Source: Parvularia atlantis
Taxonomy: Eukaryota
DNA length: 28,164 nucleotides
Assembly: GCA_943704415.1 (NCBI GenBank)
Contig: CALSCO010000975.1
Location: 62,001 to 90,164, forward strand
Direction: 5' to 3'
Both the position numbers and the translations under genes were made by a program. The notes under the pieces were generated by a model that was not told the origin of the DNA, did not search any database, and saw only the letters and a list, made by a program, of their open reading frames with translations. This document shows positions 1 through 10,900 of this stretch, in pieces. Within the stretch, counting starts at the first letter, position 1, and each line of letters starts with the position of its first letter.

Positions 1-35
1 TGCCGCGCGTGCCGGTTGACGCCACGGCGAGCCAG

Positions 36-1067
36 GCCTCGCGCCCGAGGAAGGCCGGACGTCGCCCGAGGACCAGCTGCCGCCACACCTGCAGCACCAC
101 CGTCGCCCGCCGCTCAAGAGCAACCCGGACGTGCGTGCATGCATGCGCGCGCACGTGGGCTGCCGCGCAGGAGCTGAGCGCGGCCGGGCACCAGGCGATG
201 CTCGAGCTGACGGGGCTGAGCGCGGGCCGGTTCAACGCGTGGCTTCACCAGAACTACGTCTCGCTATATGCGTCCGTGGACGAGGCCGTGCAGGCGGCGG
301 AGCACCTGAGTCTGGCCGACGTGCTCGACGGCACGTGGACCGCGCGGGCGTCGCTGGACGAGTGCACGGCCTCGGTTGCGTGCCGCGGCCTCATGTTCCA
401 CCACCAGCAGATCCACGCGCGGTCGTCGTTTGGCGGCCTGCGGCGGCCGGCGCTGGTGCGCGCGCGCGGTGTCCTACGTGACACAGCGTGCTTAGCTGGT
501 CCGCCTGCACAGTTTACCGTCCAGGCCAAGACAGATGAGCTTCAGCACGCGGCGCGCGAGCTCTCGTCGCGCATGCTGCAGTGCGGCGACACGTGTGCGC
601 TCACCTTGAGTGCGTGTGCCGTGCGGGCGCGGCGCGGCGCTGATCAATCCGCGGCAGCCGTGCAGATGGCCGAGGAGTACGTGCCGTACCGGCTGCGCCT
701 CGCAAGCCGGGTGCCGCTGGCGCGCGGTGCGTGGCAAGGATAACACGTCTGTGCAGCGCTGAAGGGGATCGCAGCGCTCGACGGGTGGCAGGGCACGCTG
801 CGGCAGTTGGCAGTGTTTGCGGGGCCGACGGGGCCGCCGGTGCGCGCGGCCTCGGGCCTGCAGGAGGACGACATGGTGCAGGACGTTGAGCGTGATGACA
901 GGGTGCCGGATGTCCTCGACCCGGGGGACGCGGCCGCCGCGCTGGCCGCGCTCGCGGACGCCGACGCCGACGACGCGGCCGAGGCGGCGGCGCTGGCAGC
1001 GGCCGCGGACGACAACGACGACGACGACGACGACGACATTGTCGACACAGACCTCAGCACGACGTGA
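36..1067 (+). CDS. RAD17: Checkpoint clamp loader RAD17/Rad24, 3' part (gene starts upstream of the window; multi-exon)
   Basis: Spliced translation LPPHLQHHRRPPLKSNPD|AMLELTGLSAGRFNAWLHQNYVSLYASVDEAVQAAEHLSLADVLDGTW..SLDECTASVACRGLM..SSFGGLRRP resembles the RAD17 C-terminal region (LHQNY..D...A.E.LS.AD.L.G.W..S.A.RG.M). Acidic tail DDDDDDDIVDTDLSTT*. Predicted introns include 131-194 and 456-512. Confidence 0.88.
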
Positions 1068-1163
1068 TCAGCATGATCTAGACAAAAAAAAAAGATAAGG
1101 GCAGGCAGACGTGACGGCGGCAGGGCAGGGCTGGCAAGGGGCAAGCGGTGCGGGGTGGTTGTG

Positions 1164-3374
1164 TCAGGCGTCCGAGACGTGCGACGAGTCGACAGCGTCC
1201 ATAAAGTTGACCACGTCGTCTGCGCGACCCGGCCCGGGTTCAGCAACGGCGCACGGCAGAGCCAGACACGCACTAAACGCGCTGTTGATCTGGTTGTAGT
1301 TGCTGAGTACCCACGCGTCGTCGTGCGTCGGCACGGCCATGTGCGCGTCAGGAACGCTGCGAGACAGGGGCCAACGTCAGGGAAGGGGCGTGCTAGGTGG
1401 GCAGTGGTGGGAACGCACCCCATCGTTGAGTAGTCAATGCAGTTGTTTGATGCACCAAACAGACTGCTGATCAACGTCTCGTGTATGTCGGTCTCCTGCG
1501 CTGGCGCGGCGACGAGCACGCTGTCCGGCGCGAGCTCGTGCTTGATGTGGGCGGTCGGGGCGATCGGGGCGACGGCGACGGCCACTTCGCACACGCCTCC
1601 GTCTGGTGAGGCGCCTCCCTGCGAGTGCGCGCGCGCGCGCGCGTCAGCCAATGGTCCGGTGGCGCGGTGTGCACGCACGACGGTGCCATGCGGGCTCGTG
1701 CCCATCTTGAGCGCGACCGGGGGCGTCGTCGGCGGCGTAAACATGACGGCCGTGGCCGCCGAGATCGTGTCGCAGGCCAGGTGCACGGCGCCCTTACCGA
1801 CCTGCGAGACGGCCGGCGCCGCGTCGTGCACGCCATAGAGCTGGAGTGAGGGCGAACGGCGGTCGGCGGACGGCGCCGATGGCTGCAGCTGCGACTGCGG
1901 CGAGACCTTCCAGCCAAAGTGCATGCCGTTGTCCCTGGCCTCGGGTGGCGGGAAGAAGCAGCTCTGGTGCGGCACGGGCGGCGGGGTGTTGCTGTGCGCG
2001 GCGGCCGACTCGCGCAGCGCGCCCAAGAGGACAGCCATGTCGGCGACGTCGCAGCAGCGCGACAGCACATGCACGTGCGTCACGAGGCCGGTGCGCCGGT
2101 CAAAATTGGGCGTGAAGGTGGCGCACTCGAGCGTGTGCACGCCGCCGGTGGGCTGGGTGGACGCGGTGCGGCGGAAGAAGAGCGGGACGCCGACGGCGAC
2201 GTGGCCGAGCGCGCAGGCGGCGACGGTCTGATGCATCGATGCGCGGTCCTCGGGCACAACGAGCGCGAGCAGCGACCGGCCGACGAGCGATCCCGCGTCG
2301 GCGGGCGGCGGCGAGGCGGACGGCTGGGCCGTGGGCGAGGGCAGGGCGTGCTCGGCGACGCGGAAGCGGTCGCAGGCCGGCGAGGCGTAGCTGATGAGGA
2401 GCGTCGTCGGGTCGATCTGGAACAGCGCGTCCTGCTGCGTCTCGAGCACCTCCTTGAGCAGCGTCGTCACGTGCGAGGCGTCGTCCACGTCCATCGCGTC
2501 CTTGGTGACGAGCGCCGGCGCCAGCGCGACGTCGGCCTGGGCGGGGCCGCGCGGCAGACGACCAGCTGGCGCGGGCGCAGGCTGCACGGTCTCGAGCACG
2601 GTGTACTCGAGCAGCTCGCCGCTGTTGGGCGCGATGTGCGCCGTGACGCGCGCCTCAACGAGCACGTTGCGTCCCGTCGCGTCCGAGCGGTGGTACGAGC
2701 CCTGTGCCTCCTCGCCCCACCTGCGCATGCGTTCAGGGCACATAGGGAGACGGCCAGCGCCGGCGCCGGCTCGACGCACCGCGCGTCCTGCACCAGGCGC
2801 ATGAAGCTCTCAATGTCGTCCGGCACGAGCGTGGCCAGGAAGCCCGTGGCGACGAAGAACTGGCGGTCGAGGCCGTACGCGCGCGCGCACGTGGACGAGA
2901 CGCTGCGCACGGCCAGCTGCGGCAGCACGCGGAAGAGCACGGTGACGGGGGCGCGGATCTTGTCTGCGGTGGCCACGACGCGTCAATCCCAAGAAGAAGA
3001 AAAAATCCCCCCCCAAAGTCACCGCGCGCTGCCGCGTAGTGCGCATCCCACGGCGTCGACGCGGCCGGCGCGGCCAGGAGAGGCGAGGGGCGGATCTGCG
3101 TAACCGGGCTGATGCCGCGCCCATCGCTGATGCTGCCGCCGCCGCCGTGGCCGCCGGTGCCGTAGTACTCGCCGATCCCGCTGTGACGGCCCCAGGGCGA
3201 GGCCGTGTCCTGCGCGGCGCGCGACCGGCGCTGCGTCAGGGGCCACGACGGCGCAGGAAAAAAAGCAACGGGCGGCTTGGGGGGTGGTTCGTCGCTGGGG
3301 GCGCAACGCACCTCGGCGGCACGCGCGGGCGCCTGGTCCGCGCCGTAGACCGCGAAAGCGTACTGCTTGAGCAT
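1164..3374 (-). CDS. Tandem PAS-domain protein with low-complexity C-terminal half (multi-exon; start codon uncertain)
   Basis: PAS-like segments VLFRVLPQLAVRSVSSTCARAYGLDRQFFVATGFLATLVPDDIESF and DALFQIDPTTLLISYASPACDR..LVGRSLLALVVPEDRASM..TGLVTHVHVLSR. GT-AG introns at about 3311-3210, 3022-2964, 2779-2721 and two near the 3' end join one frame from ATG 3374 to TGA 1166-1164. Confidence 0.7.
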
Positions 3375-3513
3375 GTGCGCGCGCGGCAGGGGTATTGCTG
3401 CGCGTCGAGCGGTGTGCGTCGGCTCTGAGTGGGCCGGCGGCGCCGTGAACGACTCTCGGTAGAAGTCTCGATCTTCGAGAAGGTTGCCCAGCCAGCAAAA
3501 CGGCACAGCGACG

Positions 3514-3515
<2 letters not shown>

Positions 3516-3555
<40 letters not shown>
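3516..3555. repeat. (GA)20 / (TC)20 microsatellite upstream of the PAS gene
   Basis: Perfect dinucleotide run read directly from the sequence. Confidence 0.97.
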
Positions 3556-3559
<4 letters not shown>

Positions 3560-3725
3560 CACGACGAGGGCGCGCACGCGCACAGCCACACGGGGCCAGA
3601 GAGACCAGGCTGCCACCGGTGAGAAGAACGTGCCCTGCAAACTCATCAACGGCGTCGCGCTCTCACGCGTCCAGATGCGGCAGGTTGAAGGGAGCAGCGA
3701 GATCGCGTACAGAGAGCACCACGCA

Positions 3726-5615
3726 TCAAAAGAGATCGTTCACGCCCTCGTCGGCCGTGTTGAGGTCAAACTCGTAGCCCGTCGCGAGCACAAACGAGAC
3801 CAGCGACGGGTCGCCCGCGCTGCGCACGATCCGGCGTCAGCGCGCTGTGCACGCACACATCGAGCGCACCTCCCGCGCGTGGGCGACGGCGGCGACGAGA
3901 GCGAGTCGGCCACAGCGCTGCCGGCGAAAAACGCCACGCCGTGCGGTGCTGCGGGCCCGCCGGACCGTGCGATGTGCGGCGCTTGCGGCGGTGCTGGCGG
4001 TGCCGCGGCCTTCGATGGCGACGTCGGGCTGCCGTGCGTCCGCGCTGCGCCGCCCTTGCCCTGCGCGCGCGCCTGCGATCAGCTGGCGGTGCACAGTGCC
4101 CGGTGCTACGCACGTGGTGGAAGAGCTCGAGCGCGTCGTACTCGGACGAAAGCGCCGCGTCGCTCGACAGGCCCACCGCCGCGCTCGACGTCGCCGCTAC
4201 CGCTGCGGGCGTGTCCGGCAGCGGGCCCATCATGCCCGTGTCGGGCGCCTCCGGGTCCTCGATCAGGATCACGTCGAGCTCGCCGCGTGCGCTGCGCAGC
4301 ATGATCTCGAAGCGGAAGGGCGAGTCCCGCTGCGATGCGAAAACACCTCAATGCACCGCGCTCGCCGCGCCCGCACGCACCTCGGCGCCGTCGTCCGGCC
4401 GCGGCACCTCGAGCTGCGTGCCCGGCGCGGCCTTGATCGCGAGCAGCGTCTGGTCGTGGAACGCGCGGATGCCGCGGATGTCGGCGAAGGAGACGTACGT
4501 GCGCCTGCGCCCGCGCGCGTCAGCCTGACGTCCACCGCGCACACGCACGCACACGCACCGGTGCCCGTCGCCCGCCGTCGACGCCATCTGCTTGAGCGAG
4601 TCCTGCGTGCGCGTTGCGCGGCATCAGAAAAACGGGTCGCGAAGGCTGCAAACGCCGCACCTGCACGTCGCGGCACAGCCGGTCCAGCATCGCCTCGTCC
4701 TTGCGCAGCTTGTCGACGTCGCGCCGCACGCGGTCGCTCTGGGAGCACTCAACGTCAGCGCACGGTGCAAGCAGCGAGCAGCACGCGTCGTGCCTTTTGC
4801 TTGTCGGGCGACTCGGCGCCGTTGCGAACCCGCCCGCCCGCCGCTCCTGACGCCACGGGCGTCGGTGGCCGCCGCTGCTCGACGCCGCTGCAATCGCGCG
4901 CGCGCGCGCGCGCGTTCGCCCTTTGGTTAGACGTGGCGGCGAGCGAGCGGGACGCGCGCGCGCACCGCCAATGCACGTTGTTCTTGGACTTCTTCTCGAT
5001 CAGGCCAATGCCCTCGAGAACGTTGGTGATATCGTAGATGCGGCGCTTCTGCACGCCCAGCTGCAGCGCGGCCTCGTTCAGGTCGACGTCGCCCTGTGGC
5101 GCCCTGCAGCACGCCCTGTCAGGCGCGTGTGCCCGCGGTGGAGAGCGGCGCAACGCACGTCCGCAGCATCTCGACAAACTTGCGCGTGAGCTGCGCCAGC
5201 GAGCTGTCGAAGCTGCGCCCAAAGCTGCGCGTGCGCACGTGGCGCGTGAGCGTTGCGCAGGGCGCTGCGTCCGGCGCCGCGCACCCGCCGCCGCCGCCGC
5301 CGCCGCCGCCGCCCATAACGTCCTCGCCGTCGAGCGAGGACGAGTGGTGCAGCGCGCCGTTGTCGGTCCTGCGGCACGACTCAGCCTCCCGCGCGGCAGC
5401 AGCAGCAGCAGCGGCGGCGGCGGGCCGCACCGCGCGCGCTTGACCGGGCTGCTCCCGTCGCCGGCCGCGAGCGGCGACGACGCGGGCGAGGAGGGCGGGC
5501 GCGGGGCGCGTGCGTGCTGCTGTTGGCCGGGCGCCGTGGCGGCGGCGGCGGCAGCAGCAGCAGCGGCCGCGTTGGCAGCGTTGAGCAGCGCGGCGGCCGC
5601 GGCCAGCTCCGACAT
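3726..5615 (-). CDS. E2F: E2F transcription factor (DP-dependent, canonical type; multi-exon)
   Basis: DNA-binding domain [56 protein letters not shown]. Coiled coil and marked box [43 protein letters not shown]-terminal pocket-protein motif [16 protein letters not shown]. Confidence 0.96.
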
Positions 5616-5709
5616 GGGGCGCGGGCGGGCGGGCGCGGACGGGCGGGCGGGCTGCTCGGGAGACTCGTCGCGCGACGCGAAAACGCGCGCCTTTGTTTGC
5701 CCAAACAAG
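5616..5709. promoter_or_regulatory. 94-nt bidirectional promoter region between E2F and LEO1, with an E2F-like site TTTTCGCG (- strand, 5676-5683)
   Basis: Lies between divergent ATGs at 5615 (-) and 5710 (+). CGCGAAAA resembles the TTTSSCGC consensus (one mismatch). Confidence 0.5.
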
Positions 5710-7231
5710 ATGAGTGACAACGAGCCGGAAGAGGCGCCTGTTGCGACGACGGGGCTCGAGGTGCGTCGTCGTGGCCGTGCGCCGGTTCGCGGCTGATCAC
5801 GTCTGCGCAGGACATGGACGCGGACGACGCGGACGGCGCGGGGAGAGCCGCGACGGGGCTGAGTGACGACGAGGCGGAGAACAACGCGCCCGGTTTCAAC
5901 GACGGCGGCGAGAGCAGCGCGAGCGCGAATGCGCGGGCAGAGAGCGCGGGCGCGAGCGCGAGCGCGCCGGTGCCGGCCGAGCGCCGCGGCGTGCGCCTCG
6001 TGCTGGACGTGCCGGACGTGCCGCCGCCGCTGTTTGAGGACGAGCGCGAGCAGGTGCGCGCGTTCACGCCCGCTCCGTGCACAAGCCGACGCCGCACGCG
6101 CGCGCCAGGTGCCCGGGCAGTTCTTCTACGTCGCCCTGCCAAAGTTCCTCAACATCGAGCGGCAGCCCTTCGACGAGGACACGTACGCGGACGAGGACGG
6201 TGCGACCGAGGAGCAGGCACGACGCATTCGCATGTATCGCGACGAGGCCGCTGACGTCGCCGCGCACGCCAGGTGCTCAACACGATCCGCTGGCGCAACG
6301 AGGGCCCGATGAAGAAGCTGAGCAACACGCGCCTCGTGCGCTGGAGCGATGGCACGCTCGGGCTCTTTGTCGGTAGGTACTACTACGACGTAAACGAGCA
6401 CCCCGTCGACCGCATGGTGCGCGTGCCTGCGCCCGACCCCTCGCACGGCCGCTCACGTGCGGCGGCTGCGCGGCCAAAAAAAACAGCACTGGGGCACGCA
6501 GCTCATCAGCGCGACGGCCACCGTGCAGGCGACCGCGGCAGTACGTCACGCGCGCACGCCAAACGCGCGCACGCCGCTGACGTGCTCGCGCCACAGGACG
6601 GTCCGTCCGCGCCGACGGTTGTTGCCGTCGAGCAGGACTACGGCGAAATCAAGCAGCGCCTCACGTTCCAGCCGACGGGCGCGAGCGCGGCCGTACTCAA
6701 GAAGGCGTACCACCCGCAGGTGCGTCTGCGTCTCATGCCCCCCGCCCTTCGCCGACGAGCGCCCGCGTAGCGCGCCGCCGCCCGCAACACGCTCGAGATC
6801 ATCTCGACCAAGGAGGACCCGATCGTCGAGCAGGAGCGCCTGGCGCAGGCCGAGCGCGAGATCGAGCGCAACCGCAAGCGCATCGACAGCGGCCGGCGCG
6901 CGCACCAGGACCGACTCAACGCCGCGCTCACGGCCGAGTCGCTCAACGCGGGCGCCGACCGCGACTCGGACGAGGTGTGCGCGCGCAGCAGCAGCCCACC
7001 AATGCTGATGCCACGACGGCGCAGGAGGCCGAGGACGACGCGGACGGCGCCGCCGCGACGCCCCGCTCGGCCGCCAAGCGCGTACGGCGCGCCGCGCCGG
7101 CCAAGTTTGTCGTGCCCGAGGCCGAGAGCGGGTCCGAGTCGGACGAGGCGCCGGCATCAGCGGGGCGCAAGAAGCGCGCCAAGCGGCGGTCGCGGGCGGT
7201 TGACGAGGACGACGACGAAGAGAGTGGGTGA
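5710..7231 (+). CDS. LEO1: Paf1 complex subunit LEO1 (about 8 exons)
   Basis: [70 protein letters not shown] is the Leo1 domain signature. Introns include 5761-5810 and a GC-AG intron at 6217-6272. Confidence 0.94.
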
Positions 7232-7255
7232 AGTCGATTGTGCACGATAGACGAG

Positions 7256-7880
7256 ATGGGCGGCCGCCGGGATGAGTCGTGGTCGTGCACGGTGTGCACC
7301 TTCGCCAACGACGGCGCGGCGGGCAAGTGTCGCATGTGCGAGACGCCGCGCGGCACGAGCAGCCGCCAGCCGCGCGCCGCGACGGCGACGGTCGTGAGCG
7401 AGTACGAGCTCGTGCGGATGCACGCGCCTTCGACGACGCGCCGGTGCGGCCCCGATGCACCCCGCGCCGTGCGCTGCATCTGACGCCGCGCGCTGCAGCA
7501 AGCGCCCCAAGGCCGCGCCGGTGTCGGCCGCATCGCACCACGGCGCGCACCACGCGGCGCCTGTGCCGATCAAGCGCCCGCGCGTCGTGCTGGATGCGCC
7601 GGACGCGTCATCCCGGCCGCAGCAGCCGCAGCACCAGCCGCACCAGCCGCAGCAGCCGCAGCAGCCGCAGCAGGGGCCGACGCAGTCGCAGCAGCGACAC
7701 GGCGGCAGCGACGTGCAGGTGGTCGTGCACAACGGGACGGCCGTGCGCATCACGGCGCTGAGCGAGGCCGCGCACGCCGCCGCCCGATCCGCCGCCACGC
7801 GGCTGGCCGCACGCGCCGTCGTCAACGTGGTCGGGACGCCGAGCGGCGCGCCGCTCAACTACGCGCTGCCTGTGCTGTAG
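7256..7880 (+). CDS. RYBP: RYBP/YAF2-like protein (RanBP2-type zinc finger plus putative YAF2_RYBP beta-hairpin); intron 7444-7498
   Basis: WSCTVCTFANDGAAGKCRMCETPRGTSSRQPR resembles RYBP/YAF2 W.CSVCTF.N..EAFKC..C...KGTSTRKPR. SDVQVVVHNGTAVRITALSE resembles the RING1B-binding segment LAVTVGNVTVIITDFKE. Confidence 0.78.
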
Positions 7881-7902
7881 TCGCTTTTTGGTACACACAT
7901 CC

Positions 7903-10900
7903 TCACTGCTGCTGCTGCTGCTGCTGCTGCTTTGTCGCCCGCTCGATGTGCCGCCACTCGACCGCCATCGCGTCGCGCAGGAACGTGTGGTACGTCACGT
8001 CGTCCACGCTCCGCTCAAAGTGCAGCAGCGCCAGGTCGGCCGCTGCCTGGTTGATCGGCGAGCGCGGCTCGGCGTCGACCGGCGTCGCCGGCGGCTGCGA
8101 CTGCGACAACGGCGGGCCCGCCACCGGCGGCTGCACGAGCGAGCTCTGCAGCTCGGTCGCGGCCGACGACAGCGGCGGCTCATCGTCGTCGCTGTTCTCG
8201 TCGTTCGTGTCGACCAGCGTCGCGCCAATCTCGGCCCAGAACCTGCGCGACGCCGTTCAAGCTCGCGCACACCCCGGACGCGCGGCGCGCGCACTTTGCC
8301 AGCTCGTCGGCGTTGCTGCACATCGCCGTCACCTCTGCGCGCAACGCGTCCACGTTGCTCGTCGCCGCCCTGCCACACCCGCGCGTCAGCGGCCCCGCGC
8401 CACCTGCCGCCGCTGTGCGCACTTGGCCGTCACGAGCCGGTTCGTCTCCCACACAAAGCCCCGGCCGCCGGGCAGGATCTGAACAATCGCCGCGCCGCTC
8501 GAGTGCACGTACTGCCGCGGCGCATCAGTGCCGCTCAGCAGGCGCGGGCGGCGCACCTGCTCGCGGTCGACGGGCGCGCGCGTGTACGTCCACACGGTCG
8601 CCTGCGAACGCACGTCCGCCTCTACGCCGCGCCCAGCGTCAGCTGCGCGCGCATCGGCGGTGCGTGCGGGCGCACCGAGGTCGAGCACAAAGCTGAACTT
8701 CTTTAGCAGCGCGCCCTCGAAGAAGACGGGCGAGACCTCGTCCACCTCGTTCTTCTGGTGCAGCCCCGCGGTCGGCGGCGGCGGGAGGGCTAGCGCGATC
8801 TGCAGCGGCGAGCGGAACGGCTCGTCGTCACGCAAGGTCGTGTAGTGCAGCACCTGCACATGCCGCGTGAGCGCCGGGCCTGCGCGGACCGTGCACGCGC
8901 ACGACCGACCACGCGCACCGGCACTTCCGTCAGCTGCAGGCCAAACTGCTGCGCGCGCCGGGCCCACGTCTGGATCAGCTCGTCGATCAGCCGCCCCGTC
9001 GCGATAAGCCAGTGCAGCTGGATATGGTAGCACTGCTGCGGGTTGTAGAGCGTGTCGGCGTGCAGCACGGCCCACTCGACGCGGTCGCTGCGCCCGCGCC
9101 CGCTCTTACTCGGACGGCGCTACAAGTCCCGCGCACCTCTTCTTGCCCGGGTCCACGTCGAGCACGAGCGACCGCGACAGCTCGAACGCCGCCGGCCGTT
9201 CGCTCGGTGCCGACACGCTGGTGTTGCTGGTCGTGCTCAGCGTGGCCGACGACGACGCCATTGACGCAGGGCCCACCGACGCCGCGCTGACCGAGCGCGA
9301 CCTGCGCCCGCGCAATACGTCAGCCGGCAGCCCACCCCTTCCGGTCAGCGCACGCACAGCGTCGTCGTGCGCCCGAGCCGCAGCCACCGCTGCACGTTGC
9401 TGCCGACGGCGGCGTCGGTCGACGTGGCGCTCTCGCGGCGATCGGTCGCGGCAGTCGCGAAGGCCTGTCCCGCACCACTCAGTGCCTAGAAGTGCGCGCA
9501 AGTGCGTCGAGCGGCACCTCGGAGATGAGGTAGAAAAAGTACCCGTCGAGGAACTGGTGCATCTTGCGCGAGTGCAGGATCACCTCCTTCTTCAGCAGCT
9601 CGTTGCCGTACATGACGGCGTCGTCGCGTGTGTCGATGCCCTCGACGTGTCTGCGCAACGGTGCATTCAGACGCGCGTTCACTCCGTCACGGCTGCGCGC
9701 ACGCCATGATCCAGTCCACGGCCTCGCGCCCCAAAAAGCACTTCTTGTACAGGCGCAAGTGCCAGCGCCGGTCCTTGAGCGGCACGCCCCTGCCGCCACG
9801 CAGTACGTCAGCGGCAGAGTCCTCGCGCGGGCCACGACCGGCGCTTACGTCTCCGGGTCCAGCATGGCCTGGGCCACCTGCTGCGGCGTCGCGTCGCGCT
9901 TGAGCTTCGGCACGCCCTTCGCGTCCCTGCACGTCGCGCGTCACTGCGCAGCCCCCACGCTGGCGTCGCGCGCACTTGAGCGTGCTGCCCAGCGAGTCGC
10001 GCCGAGCCGCCGGCTCAATGCGCGGCGTGTTCTTCACCGCCTGTCGAGCGCGCGTGTCGGCCGTCGCGCATGCCCGCGATCACGTGCACACCTCGGAGGC
10101 GATGTACGACGCCGTGCTGACCGTCGTGATGTGCACGCCGAGCAAGCGCCGGTCGTCACTGCCGCGCTGCGACTTTTCGAGCACCTGCCGTCGCGCCCCC
10201 CGTGAGCGCGTGCGCACAGGCAAAGAGCGGTCGCGGCGCGCCTCGATAAACTTGAGGAACGCGGCGATGCGCAGCTCCTCGTCGTCCAGGCGCTCGTTGC
10301 TCGGAAAGTTGAGCACCTGCGCCCCACGCACGGTCACGCGAGCGCGCCCCACCACGAGCGCGTCCGCGCGCCTTCATGTTCTTGGGCAGCGGGTTGATCG
10401 GCAGCAGCACAAAGCGCTTGCACCAGTACTTGAGCGACTCTGCCACGTCCATGTCAAGACCGCCCTGCCCGCCGCACGCGCTGTGGCGCGCACCGTCAAA
10501 GTGGTATTCGGGGATCTGCCCGGCGATCATGTTGTCGAGGTAGTTCCACTTGTACCGCTCAAGCTCGACGTGCCGGAACGTGGCGTTGCGCTGCTTGTAC
10601 TCGCCCTGCATGCGCACGTCGGGGCATTAGGCGGCGTGCGGGCGGAGTGTGCGTGCGCGCGCACCTGGTTGCGCGGCCACATGCGGTACTGGTACGCGAG
10701 CGACTGCGTCGGCGCCTTGTCCCGCCGCGAGTAGCGCTTGAGCTCGATGTTGTCGGTCGAGGGCAGGAGCGTGAGCTGCGCAGCTGCTTAGGCGTGCCGC
10801 GCGCAGCACTCACGTAAGCGGACGCGCCTTGTGGAAATGGTTGCCCACCGACAGCAGCACCGTCTGCGGCATTTGCCGGCTGCCGCCACACGCGCTTAGC

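Noticed and set aside
2050..2440. LOV photoreceptor
   Set aside because: The GxNCRFLQ motif is absent. The equivalent position reads GRSLLALV.
1919..3103. 394-aa + strand ORF and many similar long Arg/Ala-rich ORFs
   Set aside because: Antisense or off-frame shadows of real genes, expected at this GC content. No recognisable domains.
7229..7231. Selenocysteine readthrough of the LEO1 TGA
   Set aside because: No SECIS-like element was recognised, the context is not a redox motif, and the parallel case at 26182 uses TAG.
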